Shown: positions 15,811-25,497 of the stretch, one piece after another
Position numbering within the stretch: position 1 is the first letter of the stretch
Layout of the letters: each line of letters opens with the position of its first letter
Virus record (IMG/VR): IMGVR_UViG_3300048631_000674
Coordinates: 1 to 43,644 of that record
Source of the DNA: a virus
Lineage: Duplodnaviria; Caudoviricetes
Length of the DNA stretch: 43,644 nucleotides
Reading direction: 5' to 3' (one strand)
The notes under the pieces: generated by a model
Seen by the model: the letters and a program-made list of their open reading frames with translations, nothing else
What the model was told of the DNA's origin: nothing
Databases searched by the model: none
Position numbers and translations under genes: made by a program

Positions 15811-16214
15811 GCAGTGAACCGATGGCAGCCGTTGCCATGGAGCGCGCGGCACGCGTGGAACGCACCGGCGAAGACGAGCGCATCCATCGACCAGCGAGCG
15901 AAGAGGATCGGGAGCGGCTGAGGCGCGAAGCGATCACTTTCGCCGGTTGCCACCCCGACTTGCCGATCGGCGTGAGTCTTGATGGCGAGATTAGAGTTCG
16001 CGGCGATTACGCTCACCCGGTTGAGGAAGGATGGTCGTTTTATCTGTCTTACGAGTCGGCAGAGCGCGAGCCCGGCCTGATCGCTGGTGGCAACTTCTTC
16101 GGGAGCATCGAGGAGCTTGTCGCGGTCATGCTGCGGTGCCACGCGCGCGGTTTGCAGGATCAGATCAGACGACTTCAACTCGAGCTCAACGCCATCGAGG
16201 GTTTCGTTGGATGA
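15807..16214 (+). CDS. Hypothetical protein
   Basis: ATGA-coupled chain; GGAGG SD. Confidence 0.6.
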   Translation: MSSEPMAAVAMERAARVERTGEDERIHRPASEEDRERLRREAITFAGCHPDLPIGVSLDGEIRVRGDYAHPVEEGWSFYLSYESAEREPGLIAGGNFFGSIEELVAVMLRCHARGLQDQIRRLQLELNAIEGFVG

Positions 16215-16462
16215 GCCGAGACGAGTTCTACATCGAGCACGACCTCGAGGTCGGCGAGCTGGTTGCCTACTACGATTACGGCTGGGTCGAGGGCGGTCAC
16301 TTCCTCGGGCGTGATGAGCAAGGTTGGGCGCGAATCCACACGAAAAACGGCGCTGGTTGTGACTCGCTCGAGACACTTCTGAACATGGTCAACGCTGGTG
16401 ACCATTGCCTGCAATGCTTCAGTGTCCAGCCACACCAGGTGCGCAAGCCAGGGGACTATTAA
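16211..16462 (+). CDS. Hypothetical protein (possible SH3-like fold)
   Basis: DLEVGELVAYYDYGWVEG; ATGA-coupled. Confidence 0.55.
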   Translation: MSRDEFYIEHDLEVGELVAYYDYGWVEGGHFLGRDEQGWARIHTKNGAGCDSLETLLNMVNAGDHCLQCFSVQPHQVRKPGDY

Positions 16463-16693
16463 GACACCCGCGCCCGGCCCTTTGCATGGATGCAGGAGCC
16501 AGGGAGACCAGGAACGGCGGGCGCACTATTTGGAGGAAAGGATGCAACACATGCACTGCGCGGTCAGGACGCTATGCGGCTGGCACATCACACACAGCAT
16601 GGTCGGGTGCTCGTTCACCGAGCATTGGTGCTGGGGTGTGCAGCTGCGCGCCGCGTGCATCCTCGCCACGCTCGAAGCGATGCAGGGGGAGTG

Positions 16694-17197
16694 ATGGAGC
16701 ACTACGCACAACCCGAACCAGAAGCCCCTCGCACCTATCGAGGTCCTCGCGCGCTCGCTGCGCGCTATCGCAAGCTCGAGCACCAGGCCGTCGAGAGCGC
16801 TGGCCGGGGCTTTGATCTGGAGGGGTCCTACATCGCGAGCCATGACGCTGGCGGGAGCGTGTCCACTTGGACACCCCTCGACGGCGCTGACGAGCTCGCG
16901 ACCATCCGCTCGGTTATGCGGCTCGCGCAGCAGGATATGGAGCGCGACCACGAGCAGCACGCGCGCTGGTGGCGGTGCTGGTGGGCAGTCCGCGTGCTCG
17001 AGGTGAGCCCCTCTCTGGGGCCAGCGGATTACTCTCGCCGCCGGGTTTACGAGGTCCTCGAGCTCGTCGACGAATACATCGAGGGCGCGATGGCCTGGCT
17101 CGAGGTGCTCGACGCCAGGGACGATCCGGCGCCGCGTGTTAGGCTTGCGGTTAACCCCCGGGCCTTCGAGGAAGAGGAGGATGCCAATGGCTGCTGA
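16694..17197 (+). CDS. Hypothetical protein, possible late-gene activator
   Basis: Position just before packaging genes; C-terminal YSRRRVYEVL HTH-like segment. Confidence 0.5.
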   Translation: MEHYAQPEPEAPRTYRGPRALAARYRKLEHQAVESAGRGFDLEGSYIASHDAGGSVSTWTPLDGADELATIRSVMRLAQQDMERDHEQHARWWRCWWAVRVLEVSPSLGPADYSRRRVYEVLELVDEYIEGAMAWLEVLDARDDPAPRVRLAVNPRAFEEEEDANGC

Positions 17198-17480
17198 TCT
17201 CGCGCTCGATTATGTCCGGCTCCGGCTCGAGACTCCTGACCTTTCTGGGAGAGAAGCGGCGCGCCAGGCTGGTTTCTCCGGTGGCAAGCCTTCGCCCAAG
17301 GCCCGGCGTCTTTGGAAGATGGCGCTCATGGTGCTCGAGGATTCGAGCGTGTGCCAGGCCGTCGCCATCGAAGAGCGGCGCCTCGAGGCAAAGCTCGAGC
17401 AGACTCAGACCAAGCTCACACGAACCCGCGAGTGGCGGGAGGTCTGCAAGGTGACGACGGCGATCTCGTCGTCACCCTAG
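17187..17480 (+). CDS. HTH-like protein
   Basis: LSGREAARQAGFS; GAGGAGG SD. Confidence 0.55.
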   Translation: MAADLALDYVRLRLETPDLSGREAARQAGFSGGKPSPKARRLWKMALMVLEDSSVCQAVAIEERRLEAKLEQTQTKLTRTREWREVCKVTTAISSSP

Positions 17481-17588
17481 AATGTGTGCGGACAGTTCAT
17501 TCAGGCCAACCAAGCGGGTGAGAGAAGGCGCGCTCACCTCATTCACGCGCGTGCGTGCGTATAAGTGAGAGCGTCGAGGACGCCTACC

Positions 17589-18284
17589 ATGACAAAACAC
17601 GACAAAACACGACACCCCGACGCGCCCGCGCGCGAGGACGGCAAGGATTGGATTTCTCGCCATCACCTCGCCGCGCAGATGCGCGCTAGGGGCGTGCAGT
17701 GGTCTCAGATTGCTGATGACCTCGACATCAATGCGGGCACGGCCAGGGGATACGCTTCCCTCGGTGGGTTCGATGACCTGGTCGCTTACTACCGAGAGCG
17801 CCACTTCAACGCCGAGGTCGAAGAGCATTTTTATGCGGTCTCGCTCGAAGCCCTTGGCGCGCTGAGGGATCAGTTCACGGCAGGTCGCCAAGAGGTCGCC
17901 GCGCTGGAGCGTCGCATCGCCGAACTCGACGAGGAATATCTCGACGCGGTGCAGCTCGGTGACGAGGAGCTCGAGTCTGAATTGCGTGAACAGATCAGCA
18001 AGCTCGAGCGCCGGCTGTTTTCTCGGAGCAAGGCGACGACCCTGGCAGCAGGTAAGCATCTCGACGCCATCGGCTTTTCGACGCACCGCAAGCGCAAGGC
18101 CGAGCTCGAGACCGAGAAGAGCGTCACCAATCACTACGGGCAAACGGTGCGCCATGAGGGTGGCGAGAAGCCCGTCGAGGTAAAGGGTGATCCAGGAGCA
18201 CGCGCTATCGAAGTCGCAGGCATCCTCGCTGGACTCGGCCTCCCTCGACCGACTGATCGCGCTGACGACACCGAGGCTGAATAA
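17589..18284 (+). CDS. Terminase small subunit (probable)
   Basis: N-terminal HTH (RARGVQWSQIADDLDINAGTA), coiled coil, C-terminal VRHEGGEKPVEV; precedes terL. Confidence 0.7.
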   Translation: MTKHDKTRHPDAPAREDGKDWISRHHLAAQMRARGVQWSQIADDLDINAGTARGYASLGGFDDLVAYYRERHFNAEVEEHFYAVSLEALGALRDQFTAGRQEVAALERRIAELDEEYLDAVQLGDEELESELREQISKLERRLFSRSKATTLAAGKHLDAIGFSTHRKRKAELETEKSVTNHYGQTVRHEGGEKPVEVKGDPGARAIEVAGILAGLGLPRPTDRADDTEAE

Positions 18285-19545
18285 GTACATACCGCACGAG
18301 CCGCACCCCAAGCAGCAAGCCTTCCTCCTCCTCAATGACATCAAGGAGGTCCTCTTCGGGGGGGCGGTGGGGGGAGGCAAGTCCGACGCGCTGCTCATGG
18401 CGGCGCTCCAGTACGTCGATGTGCCTGGCTACAACGCGCTGATCCTCCGCACGAGCCGCGCGGCGCTCAAGCTCCCCGGCGGGCTGATCCCACGCGCGGA
18501 CATGTGGCTCTCGCAAACGGACGCGGTCTGGCGCGAGCAGGACAAGCAGTGGGTGTTTCCCTCGGGCGCCACGCTCACCTTCGGCTACCTCGAAGGGCCG
18601 CGAGACAAGCTCCGATACGCTTCCTCGGACTACTGCTTCATTGGGTATGAGGAGCTCACGGAGTTCCGGCGCAAGGACGACTACACGTTCCTCTTCTCGC
18701 GCCTTCGCAAGCCGAAGCATGGACCGCTCGCCGTCGTGCCGCTGCGCATGCGCAGCACGACGAACCCTATCGGCCCCGGATTCGATTGGGTCAAGCAGCG
18801 CTTTGTCGACACGCCCAACACGGTCAAGCGCGTCTTCTTGCCGTCGACGCTCAATGACAACCCGAGCCTGGATCGTGAAGAGTACCTCGAGGCGCTCGCC
18901 GAGCTCGGGCCGGCCGTCGCCGAGCAGCTCGAGAAGGGCATCTGGAAGGCGGTCGCGGCGGGTGACATCTTCCGGCGCGAAGACTTCGTCCTCGTCAACG
19001 AACCACCCGCGCACATCGGCCAGCTCGTCCGGTATTGGGACCTCGCCGCGAGCGAGCCCACCGATGCCAACCCGACCCCTGCTGCCACCGCGGGCGTGCT
19101 GATGGGGCTCGACAAGGACAAGAACCCGGTCGTCTACGATGTCCGGTGGGGCCAACTCGGCTCGGACGCCGTCGAGGACCTCGTCGCTCGCACAGCCAGG
19201 GAAGATGGCAAGGCGGTCAAGGTCAGGATCTCTCAAGACCCTGGCCAGGCAGGCAAGGCTCAGATCAACGCCTACGTCAAGCTCCTCGCGGGCTTCGATG
19301 TCGCCGGTGTCATCGAGTCTGGTGACAAGGTCGTGCGCGCGGGTCCTTTCTCCGCGCAGGTGCGGCGCCGCAACTGTCGCCTCGTCTCAGGGCTGTGGGT
19401 GCCTGGCTACCTCGACGAGCATGAAGGCTTCCCGACCGCGACCTTGAAGGACCGCGTGGACGCCAGCTCGAACGCGTACAACCAGCTCGTCAGCGCCAAG
19501 CCCAAGCTCACGATCAACCCGAACATGAAGCAGATCCGACGATGA
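18187..19545 (+). CDS. terL: Terminase large subunit
   Basis: GGAVGGGKS Walker A, FIGYEELTEF Walker B, STTNP, nuclease RYWDLAAS and DRVDASS. Confidence 0.95.
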   Translation: MIQEHALSKSQASSLDSASLDRLIALTTPRLNKYIPHEPHPKQQAFLLLNDIKEVLFGGAVGGGKSDALLMAALQYVDVPGYNALILRTSRAALKLPGGLIPRADMWLSQTDAVWREQDKQWVFPSGATLTFGYLEGPRDKLRYASSDYCFIGYEELTEFRRKDDYTFLFSRLRKPKHGPLAVVPLRMRSTTNPIGPGFDWVKQRFVDTPNTVKRVFLPSTLNDNPSLDREEYLEALAELGPAVAEQLEKGIWKAVAAGDIFRREDFVLVNEPPAHIGQLVRYWDLAASEPTDANPTPAATAGVLMGLDKDKNPVVYDVRWGQLGSDAVEDLVARTAREDGKAVKVRISQDPGQAGKAQINAYVKLLAGFDVAGVIESGDKVVRAGPFSAQVRRRNCRLVSGLWVPGYLDEHEGFPTATLKDRVDASSNAYNQLVSAKPKLTINPNMKQIRR

Positions 19546-20963
19546 GCGAAAGCAGCGTCCCGACCCACCGGCTCTACCAGCAGCATTGCGCGGAGTGGGT
19601 GCGCTACCGCAAAGCTCATGCAGGCGGTGAGGACTACCTCGCCATCGCGCTGCGCAAGCACGAGCACGAGCGCGCGACGAATTACCGCGAGCGCTTGGCG
19701 CGCGCGATCTACCCGAACCATGTGCGCGCCATCGTCGACACCTACGCGGCGCACCTCTATCGCGACGCCATTTCGCGCGAGGTCGAGGGCAAGGCCAAGG
19801 AGACGCTCGAGGAGTTTTGGGCAGACATCGACCTGATGGGAACGCCCGCTGATGAATTCTGGGAGGAGGTTGGCCAGGCCGTCCAGACGCAGGGGCGCGC
19901 GGCGATCGTCACCGACCGTTATGACCCGGACGAGGCGACCACCCTCGCGCAGCAAAAAGAGCTCGGGGTCAGGCCATACAGCTACCTCATCCACTCCGAG
20001 GACCTCATCAACTGGGACGTGGACCGACGCGGCGAGCTCGTATGGGCCATGATCCGCGAGGTCCGCGACCAGGTGCGCGATCCGCTCGCCGTCGATTCCG
20101 ACGAGGCCGAATACCAGTACCGCCTTTGGACCCGCGAGGGGTGGTCGCTCTACGTCGAGGACAGCGGAGACGATGAGGACGAGGGCGCAAAGCTGAGGAT
20201 GGTCGACAGCGGTGAGCATCCGGTGGGTGCTGTGCCGGTCACGCTCATCTTCTGGGGAAAGCGCGCAGGCCGCGAGCCACTGGCGGATTCAGCGCTGAAA
20301 GACCTCGAGCCGCAGAACAGAAGGCTGGTCAACCTCGTCAGCTACATCGACGAGCAGATCTGCCAGTACGTCTTCAGCCTGTTGGCCGCGCCGCGCTCGA
20401 CCTATGACGTGCTCGAGAGCGTCAATTTCAGCGTCTCGGGAGCGATCCCTTACGCCGATGAGGTCGCGAATCCGCCGCACTGGATCGCGCCAGACGTGGC
20501 TCAGATCGCCGCGATTCGCGCCGAGATCGAGAAGACCGAGGGCGCGCTCCGTCAACTCTCCGGCCTGGGGCGCGTGAACGAGGAGACCAAGCACGTCTCG
20601 ACAGGCATCGCGCTCAGCTACCTGACGTTTGACAAGGACGCGCTGCTCGCGAAGTTCGCGCAGCGCATGTCTCGCGCCGAAGCAAGCGTGGACAGGCACG
20701 CCGCGGCCTGGATGGGCATCGCGCCCGATCAGGTCAACGCGCGCAGGAACTACCCCTCGAGCTTCGATCCGCAAGACCTCAAGGACTCGCTCGACGCCGC
20801 GCTCAAGACGGTCTCGCTCGGCATCACCGGTAAGGCGCTCTATGAGGTCCAGGCGTTCGCGCTGCGCGAGCTGCTCTCTGGACACATCTCGGGCGAGAAG
20901 ATCAAGGAGGTCCTCGACGACCTTCAAACACGGCTCGAACCAGGCGCTCCACAGGGAGCCTGA
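19542..20963 (+). CDS. Portal protein
   Basis: 473 aa after terL; YRERLARAIYPNHVRAIVD, HPVGAVPV and STGIAL features. Confidence 0.85.
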   Translation: MSESSVPTHRLYQQHCAEWVRYRKAHAGGEDYLAIALRKHEHERATNYRERLARAIYPNHVRAIVDTYAAHLYRDAISREVEGKAKETLEEFWADIDLMGTPADEFWEEVGQAVQTQGRAAIVTDRYDPDEATTLAQQKELGVRPYSYLIHSEDLINWDVDRRGELVWAMIREVRDQVRDPLAVDSDEAEYQYRLWTREGWSLYVEDSGDDEDEGAKLRMVDSGEHPVGAVPVTLIFWGKRAGREPLADSALKDLEPQNRRLVNLVSYIDEQICQYVFSLLAAPRSTYDVLESVNFSVSGAIPYADEVANPPHWIAPDVAQIAAIRAEIEKTEGALRQLSGLGRVNEETKHVSTGIALSYLTFDKDALLAKFAQRMSRAEASVDRHAAAWMGIAPDQVNARRNYPSSFDPQDLKDSLDAALKTVSLGITGKALYEVQAFALRELLSGHISGEKIKEVLDDLQTRLEPGAPQGA

Positions 20964-21008
20964 ACATCACGGTCAGCAGCGACACTCCCGCTGTTCGCCT
21001 TTAAGTCG

Positions 21009-21042
21009 CCCACGCAGGCCCACATGAGCCTGCGTGGGTTTT
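21009..21042 (+). terminator. Intrinsic terminator-like hairpin between portal and scaffold
   Basis: CCCACGCAGGC-N8-GCCTGCGTGGG-TTTT. Confidence 0.65.
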
Positions 21043-21060
21043 CGCATTTGGAGGTCAATC

Positions 21061-21951
21061 ATGGATAGGCTCACGCTCTCGATTCTCAACGCTGCTGGTC
21101 AACTCGACGATTCGTTCGGTTTCCACCGAGCATCCCGCATCAACCCACGCCGCGTGCTTGGCTTCGCGCCAAGGCATGTGCTCGCGTTCAACGACGACCC
21201 TGATGATCCTCCTGCGGACCCGGCAAACCCGCCGAGCGAACCGCCAGATGGGTTCCTCACCCAGGAGGAGTACAACCGCGGGTTGCAGGAGCGGCTCAAG
21301 CGCGAGCGTGAGTCGCAGCAACGCCGCCTCGAGGCGCTTGGTTATAAGAGCTTCGAGGAACTCGAAAAGGCTGAGCAGGATCGCAGGAGCGCCGCTGCCG
21401 AAGCGCAACGCCAGGCAGAAGAGGCGCAACGCAAGCAGCTCGAGCAGGCGCAGAAGTGGCAAGAGCTTCGCGAGTTCGACCAGCAGAAAGCCAAGGAGCA
21501 GATCGAGGCCGCGCGCCGCGAGGCGGAGGAGGCCAGGCGCGAGCGCGAGACGCTCACCAGGCAGGTCCGCACCTCGCAGATCTCCACCGCGCTCCAGAGC
21601 GCCGCTGTGAATCTTGGCGCCTACAAGCCCGAGCAGATCTCGGCGCTGCTCGCGGGTCAGATCTCTCACGCCGAAGACGGTCGCATGATCGTGCTCGGGG
21701 GTGATGGCAAGCCGCGGACCAACGGCCGCGGCGAGGACCTGAGCGTCGAGGACTTCGTCAAGGAGTTCATCGAGGCAAACCCGCACTTCCAGCGCGCGGC
21801 TCCAGGCCGTGGCGCTGGCGGCTCGGGAGGAGGCCCCACCGGCGGGAGCGAAGGTGGGCTCGACTACAAGAACATGTCCATCCGAGACATGCAGAAGAAC
21901 GCAGACGAAATCATCCACCGGGCGAAGAAGGGCGAAGTCAAGCTCTCGTGA
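21061..21951 (+). CDS. Capsid scaffolding protein
   Basis: LTQEEYNRGLQERLKRER, long coiled coil, FIEANPHF, Gly-rich tail; precedes the capsid gene. Confidence 0.8.
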   Translation: MDRLTLSILNAAGQLDDSFGFHRASRINPRRVLGFAPRHVLAFNDDPDDPPADPANPPSEPPDGFLTQEEYNRGLQERLKRERESQQRRLEALGYKSFEELEKAEQDRRSAAAEAQRQAEEAQRKQLEQAQKWQELREFDQQKAKEQIEAARREAEEARRERETLTRQVRTSQISTALQSAAVNLGAYKPEQISALLAGQISHAEDGRMIVLGGDGKPRTNGRGEDLSVEDFVKEFIEANPHFQRAAPGRGAGGSGGGPTGGSEGGLDYKNMSIRDMQKNADEIIHRAKKGEVKLS

Positions 21952-21977
21952 CCCGCAGATAGGGGAGTAAACTCAAC

Positions 21978-22883
21978 ATGGCAAACATCACCCAAACCAA
22001 CGTCGATCCGGCGATCCCTGAGTTCTGGCTGGCGCTCGCGCTCGGCTATCTCAAGGCCAACCTCATGATGGCCAGGCTCGTGCGTCGCGATGGTGACAGC
22101 GCGGTCGCCGAGCATGGTGACACCATCAACATCACCAAGCGCGGTGGGCTGACGGTGCGCGACAAGGCGGAGGACACCGATGTCACTGCCGATGCGCCGA
22201 GCAACACGAAGATCGCGGTCGTGCTCGATCAGCACAAGTACGTCGCCTGGAACCTGGAAGATACCGCGAGCGCCAAGGCCATCGACGCGGCGGTCGAATA
22301 TGTTCAAGACGCGGCCGCTGGTCTGGCTGAGGCCATCGAGACGGAGCTTTTCAAGCTGCACGCGAACATCGCCAACTCGGTGGGCCAGGCAGGCAAAGAC
22401 CTTGGCTTCGCCGAACTGCTCGACGTGCGCAAGCAGCTCAACGATCAAAAGTGTCCGATGATGGGCCGCAACCTGATCGTCTCCTCCAAGGATGAGATCA
22501 GCCTGCTCGACACCGATCGCATCATCGAGACCAACAAGAACGGTGGCGATGGCAGCGTCCTCGAGGAGGCGATGCTCGGTCGCATCCTCGGTTTCGACAC
22601 CTACATGAGCCAGCTCGTGGAGGTGACATCGGGGACGCCTGACACCACGCACAACATCGCCTTCCACCGCGACGCCTTCATGCTCGCCACCCGGCCGCTC
22701 GCGCTCCCCGAAGCAGGTTCAGGCGCCATCGGGCAAATCCTCGTGGATCCCGACACCAACATCGCCATGCGCTACACCAAGCAGTGGGATGGGACGCAAC
22801 TCAAGACCAAGCACGTCCTGGATGTGCTGTTCGGGGTCAAGGCCGTCGACGAGGATCGCCTCGCCGTCGCCGTGAACAGCTGA
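21978..22883 (+). CDS. Major capsid protein (P22 coat-like)
   Basis: IPEFW, GDTINI, LDQHKY, GRILGFDTYMS, NIAFHRDAFMLATRPL and LDVLFGVK motifs. Confidence 0.9.
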   Translation: MANITQTNVDPAIPEFWLALALGYLKANLMMARLVRRDGDSAVAEHGDTINITKRGGLTVRDKAEDTDVTADAPSNTKIAVVLDQHKYVAWNLEDTASAKAIDAAVEYVQDAAAGLAEAIETELFKLHANIANSVGQAGKDLGFAELLDVRKQLNDQKCPMMGRNLIVSSKDEISLLDTDRIIETNKNGGDGSVLEEAMLGRILGFDTYMSQLVEVTSGTPDTTHNIAFHRDAFMLATRPLALPEAGSGAIGQILVDPDTNIAMRYTKQWDGTQLKTKHVLDVLFGVKAVDEDRLAVAVNS

Positions 22884-22939
22884 CCTCGAGGCTTCTTCCC
22901 TCCCGCGCTTCACCTCACATACAGACCGAAAGGAATCTC

Positions 22940-23353
22940 ATGAGCCGCACACTCGAGCATGAAAAGCTCAAGCGCGAGGCGCCATCGCATGCCGAGACGA
23001 TGGTCGCCGCGCAAGACACCACCAACGCCTACGCCATTGTCCCCGAGTCCCTGCTCGACACCACGGGCCACGACAACGTCGAGTACATTCTCGAAGAGAC
23101 CGGCGGCGCGAACGATGTGGACGCCAAGATCATGGGGCGCGTCAAGTCCATCAAGGACGGCGCCATCACCTGGTCGCCATGGGTCGATGCCGCTGGCGCG
23201 AGCGCAGCGGCGACCGGCATTTCGGCGAGCGCCACGCAGGAGCTCAAGCCGTCCAGCGTGCCGTTTGACCAAACCGCGGTCTTCGTCAAGGCGAACGTCG
23301 CGGACAGTCAGGGCGCGGTGAAGGTCTACGGGCTCTCCAAGAAGCTCGCCTGA
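22940..23353 (+). CDS. Putative head decoration protein
   Basis: Small beta-rich protein directly after the major capsid gene. Confidence 0.55.
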   Translation: MSRTLEHEKLKREAPSHAETMVAAQDTTNAYAIVPESLLDTTGHDNVEYILEETGGANDVDAKIMGRVKSIKDGAITWSPWVDAAGASAAATGISASATQELKPSSVPFDQTAVFVKANVADSQGAVKVYGLSKKLA

Positions 23354-23376
23354 CCCCTCGGGCCTCGTGGCCCCAT

Positions 23377-23449
23377 TGCGGAGTGGAGCAGCAAGTAGCT
23401 CGTCGGGCTCATATCCCGAAGGTCGCAGGTGCAAGTCCTGCCTCCGCAA
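23377..23449 (+). tRNA. tRNA-Met(CAT), initiator-like
   Basis: TGCGGAG/CTCCGCA acceptor, GAGC/GCTC D stem, TCGGG-CTCATAT-CCCGA anticodon arm with three G-C pairs, GCAGG-TGCAAGT-CCTGC T arm; no encoded CCA. Confidence 0.88.
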
Positions 23450-23479
23450 CTTCCCCAACACCATCACAAGGAGGCGCTC

Positions 23480-23869
23480 ATGCCGCTTTTGAAGAACCCG
23501 CACGGTCGCATCGTCGCGGTCAACCAGTCGCGCGTGAAGCCGCTGCTTCGCGAAGGTTTTACCCAGGCCACCGATGAAGAGGTCGCGGACTGGCAAGCGA
23601 AGAACTCGCGCTACGCGAAGTCGAAAGTCACCGAGCCAGCGCCTGAACCTCAAACGAGCGAAGAGGGGCAGACGAACGAGCCCGAACCCTTCGCGCTGCC
23701 AGAAGGTTATCGCGAGGCGCTGGAAGCTGCGATGACCAAGCCTCAACTTGTCGCCTTCGCGCTCGAGCACTTCGACCTCGCGCTCTCCGAGAGCATGAAC
23801 AAAGACCCGATGCTCGACGCCATCATCGCTGCTGCGATCCAGTCCGAAACGGCTCCTCTTCCCGAGTGA
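23480..23869 (+). CDS. Small head-module protein with HeH/LEM-like C-terminus
   Basis: AMTKPQLVAFALEHFDLALSESMNKDPMLDAII; AAGGAGG SD. Confidence 0.6.
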   Translation: MPLLKNPHGRIVAVNQSRVKPLLREGFTQATDEEVADWQAKNSRYAKSKVTEPAPEPQTSEEGQTNEPEPFALPEGYREALEAAMTKPQLVAFALEHFDLALSESMNKDPMLDAIIAAAIQSETAPLPE

Positions 23870-23875
23870 TCCTGA

Positions 23876-25222
23876 TTGCCTTCTCGTCTCGACCAGGTCT
23901 CGCTCGCGCTCTTCAAACGGTTGAGTGAGCGCGAAGACTCCGAGATCGAGGGCTTGAACGACGCTTACCGGAGCGCGCTCGAGCAAACCATCGAGCGTGT
24001 GGTGGGGCAGCTCCCACGCGACGCAGGCGGGAGGCTCGAGCCTGACCCTGCGGCGCTCGCGAGGCTGCGCAGGGAGTTCGGGCGCTTCGGCGATGCGCAG
24101 GGCGCGAGCCTGCTGCTCGAGCAACACGTCGAGCGTGTCTCGGCGGCACTGACCCGCCAGGTCGATGTGCTCTCCGATGGCTGGCAAAGGCTCGGCGAGG
24201 ATCCGCTCGAGAGTGATCAGCTCGCGCTCTCCACGCTGGTGAAGGCGAACTTCCTCGACGGCTTCACGGAGCTCGGGCGCTACCACCACAATGCCTTGCG
24301 CGATGCGGTGATGCGTCAGGCTCTGGGGCGCGCCACCGGGCGTGACCTTCGCGCCGAGCTCCAGCGAATCACTGGCAAGGCCGAGAGCGAGGTCGACAGG
24401 CAACACCACGACGCGGTGATCGGCTATTCGCGGGCCGTGATCCAGGAGAGCGCCGAGCAGCGAGGGTACGAGTACTACCAGTACATCGGCCCAGACGACT
24501 CAGCGAACCGACCCTTCTGCGATCGCCACGTCGACAAGATCTACACCAGGGAGGAGATCGACGCGCTCGACAACGGGCAGATCGCCAACGTGTTCCTGAC
24601 GGGGGGTGGGTATCGTTGTCGGCACCACTGGCGCCCGGTGAGGCCTGAGTGGTTGCGGGAAAGCGACTTGGACCGAGAAGGCAAATCAGGTGGCACCGGC
24701 GGCGATCCTTCACAAGTCTATGAGCCTGGCTTCGTCGATGAGTTAGATGTCATTGCGCAAGAAGAACCCTACTCTTGTGGGGCCGCTGTTGCTCAACAGA
24801 TCTTAAAAGATCTTGGCATCGATGTTCCCCAATCCGAGCTTTACAAAGCGGCGAGTAAAAAAAGAACCCTAAAGGATGGCACCGGAAGAGTTGTCAGTGA
24901 GATGATTGCAACTGACATCAGCAGCGAGATTCTGAAGCGTGCGTCAGTAACAATTCGGCTTGATGGTATGTTGGCCCTGCCACCACTAAAGAATCAGCTC
25001 AAATCATTTAGAGGACTTTTTTCCCATGTGGCTGTCCTCACTGGAACGCACTGGGTTATTTGGGATGATGTTGACGACGATTTCGTTTATATTAGAGACC
25101 CTTGGGGGAAGAAAGGGCCACCCGACAACCAAACGAAGGGCGGGCTCCGGGCCAAACTCAAAATCGATGAGTTTATGATTGCGATGAGCAACTCGAACTG
25201 GACGATGGTGATAGTGAAATGA
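23876..25222 (+). CDS. MuF/gp7-like minor head protein fused to a C-terminal C39-like cysteine peptidase
   Basis: YQYIGPDDSANRPFC..GGGYRCRHHW (MuF-type); then QEEPYSCGAA..HWVIWD..VYIRDP (papain-fold C39 Q-C-H-D). Confidence 0.78.
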   Translation: MPSRLDQVSLALFKRLSEREDSEIEGLNDAYRSALEQTIERVVGQLPRDAGGRLEPDPAALARLRREFGRFGDAQGASLLLEQHVERVSAALTRQVDVLSDGWQRLGEDPLESDQLALSTLVKANFLDGFTELGRYHHNALRDAVMRQALGRATGRDLRAELQRITGKAESEVDRQHHDAVIGYSRAVIQESAEQRGYEYYQYIGPDDSANRPFCDRHVDKIYTREEIDALDNGQIANVFLTGGGYRCRHHWRPVRPEWLRESDLDREGKSGGTGGDPSQVYEPGFVDELDVIAQEEPYSCGAAVAQQILKDLGIDVPQSELYKAASKKRTLKDGTGRVVSEMIATDISSEILKRASVTIRLDGMLALPPLKNQLKSFRGLFSHVAVLTGTHWVIWDDVDDDFVYIRDPWGKKGPPDNQTKGGLRAKLKIDEFMIAMSNSNWTMVIVK

Positions 25223-25497
25223 TCAACGAACTCCAGGAACGAATTGAATCCCTTGGCTTTGCGACAAAGCTTTCGGGCAACCGCATCCTCGCAGGTGAAG
25301 AGATTGTTGGCGAGGGTTTCACTCAATTCTTCTCCGGTTCGAATTTCTATGTGGACAGAAGGGGCGAGCAATGGGTTGTAAGGCTGCTGTGTGCCTACCC
25401 TACCCCTACACCGCTGGAGAGTTTCTTCGAAACAGATGAGCAGGTTATCGGCTTCTTGCAGCCGATTGCACCGGCGAACAACTCAGAAGCAGCATGA
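25219..25497 (+). CDS. Putative immunity protein
   Basis: 92 aa, ATGA-coupled to the MuF-peptidase, same AT-richer composition as the peptidase domain. Confidence 0.55.
   Translation: MINELQERIESLGFATKLSGNRILAGEEIVGEGFTQFFSGSNFYVDRRGEQWVVRLLCAYPTPTPLESFFETDEQVIGFLQPIAPANNSEAA

Noticed and set aside
17481-17588. Late promoter
   Set aside because: TATAAG is present but without a properly spaced -35; cannot be supported from sequence alone.
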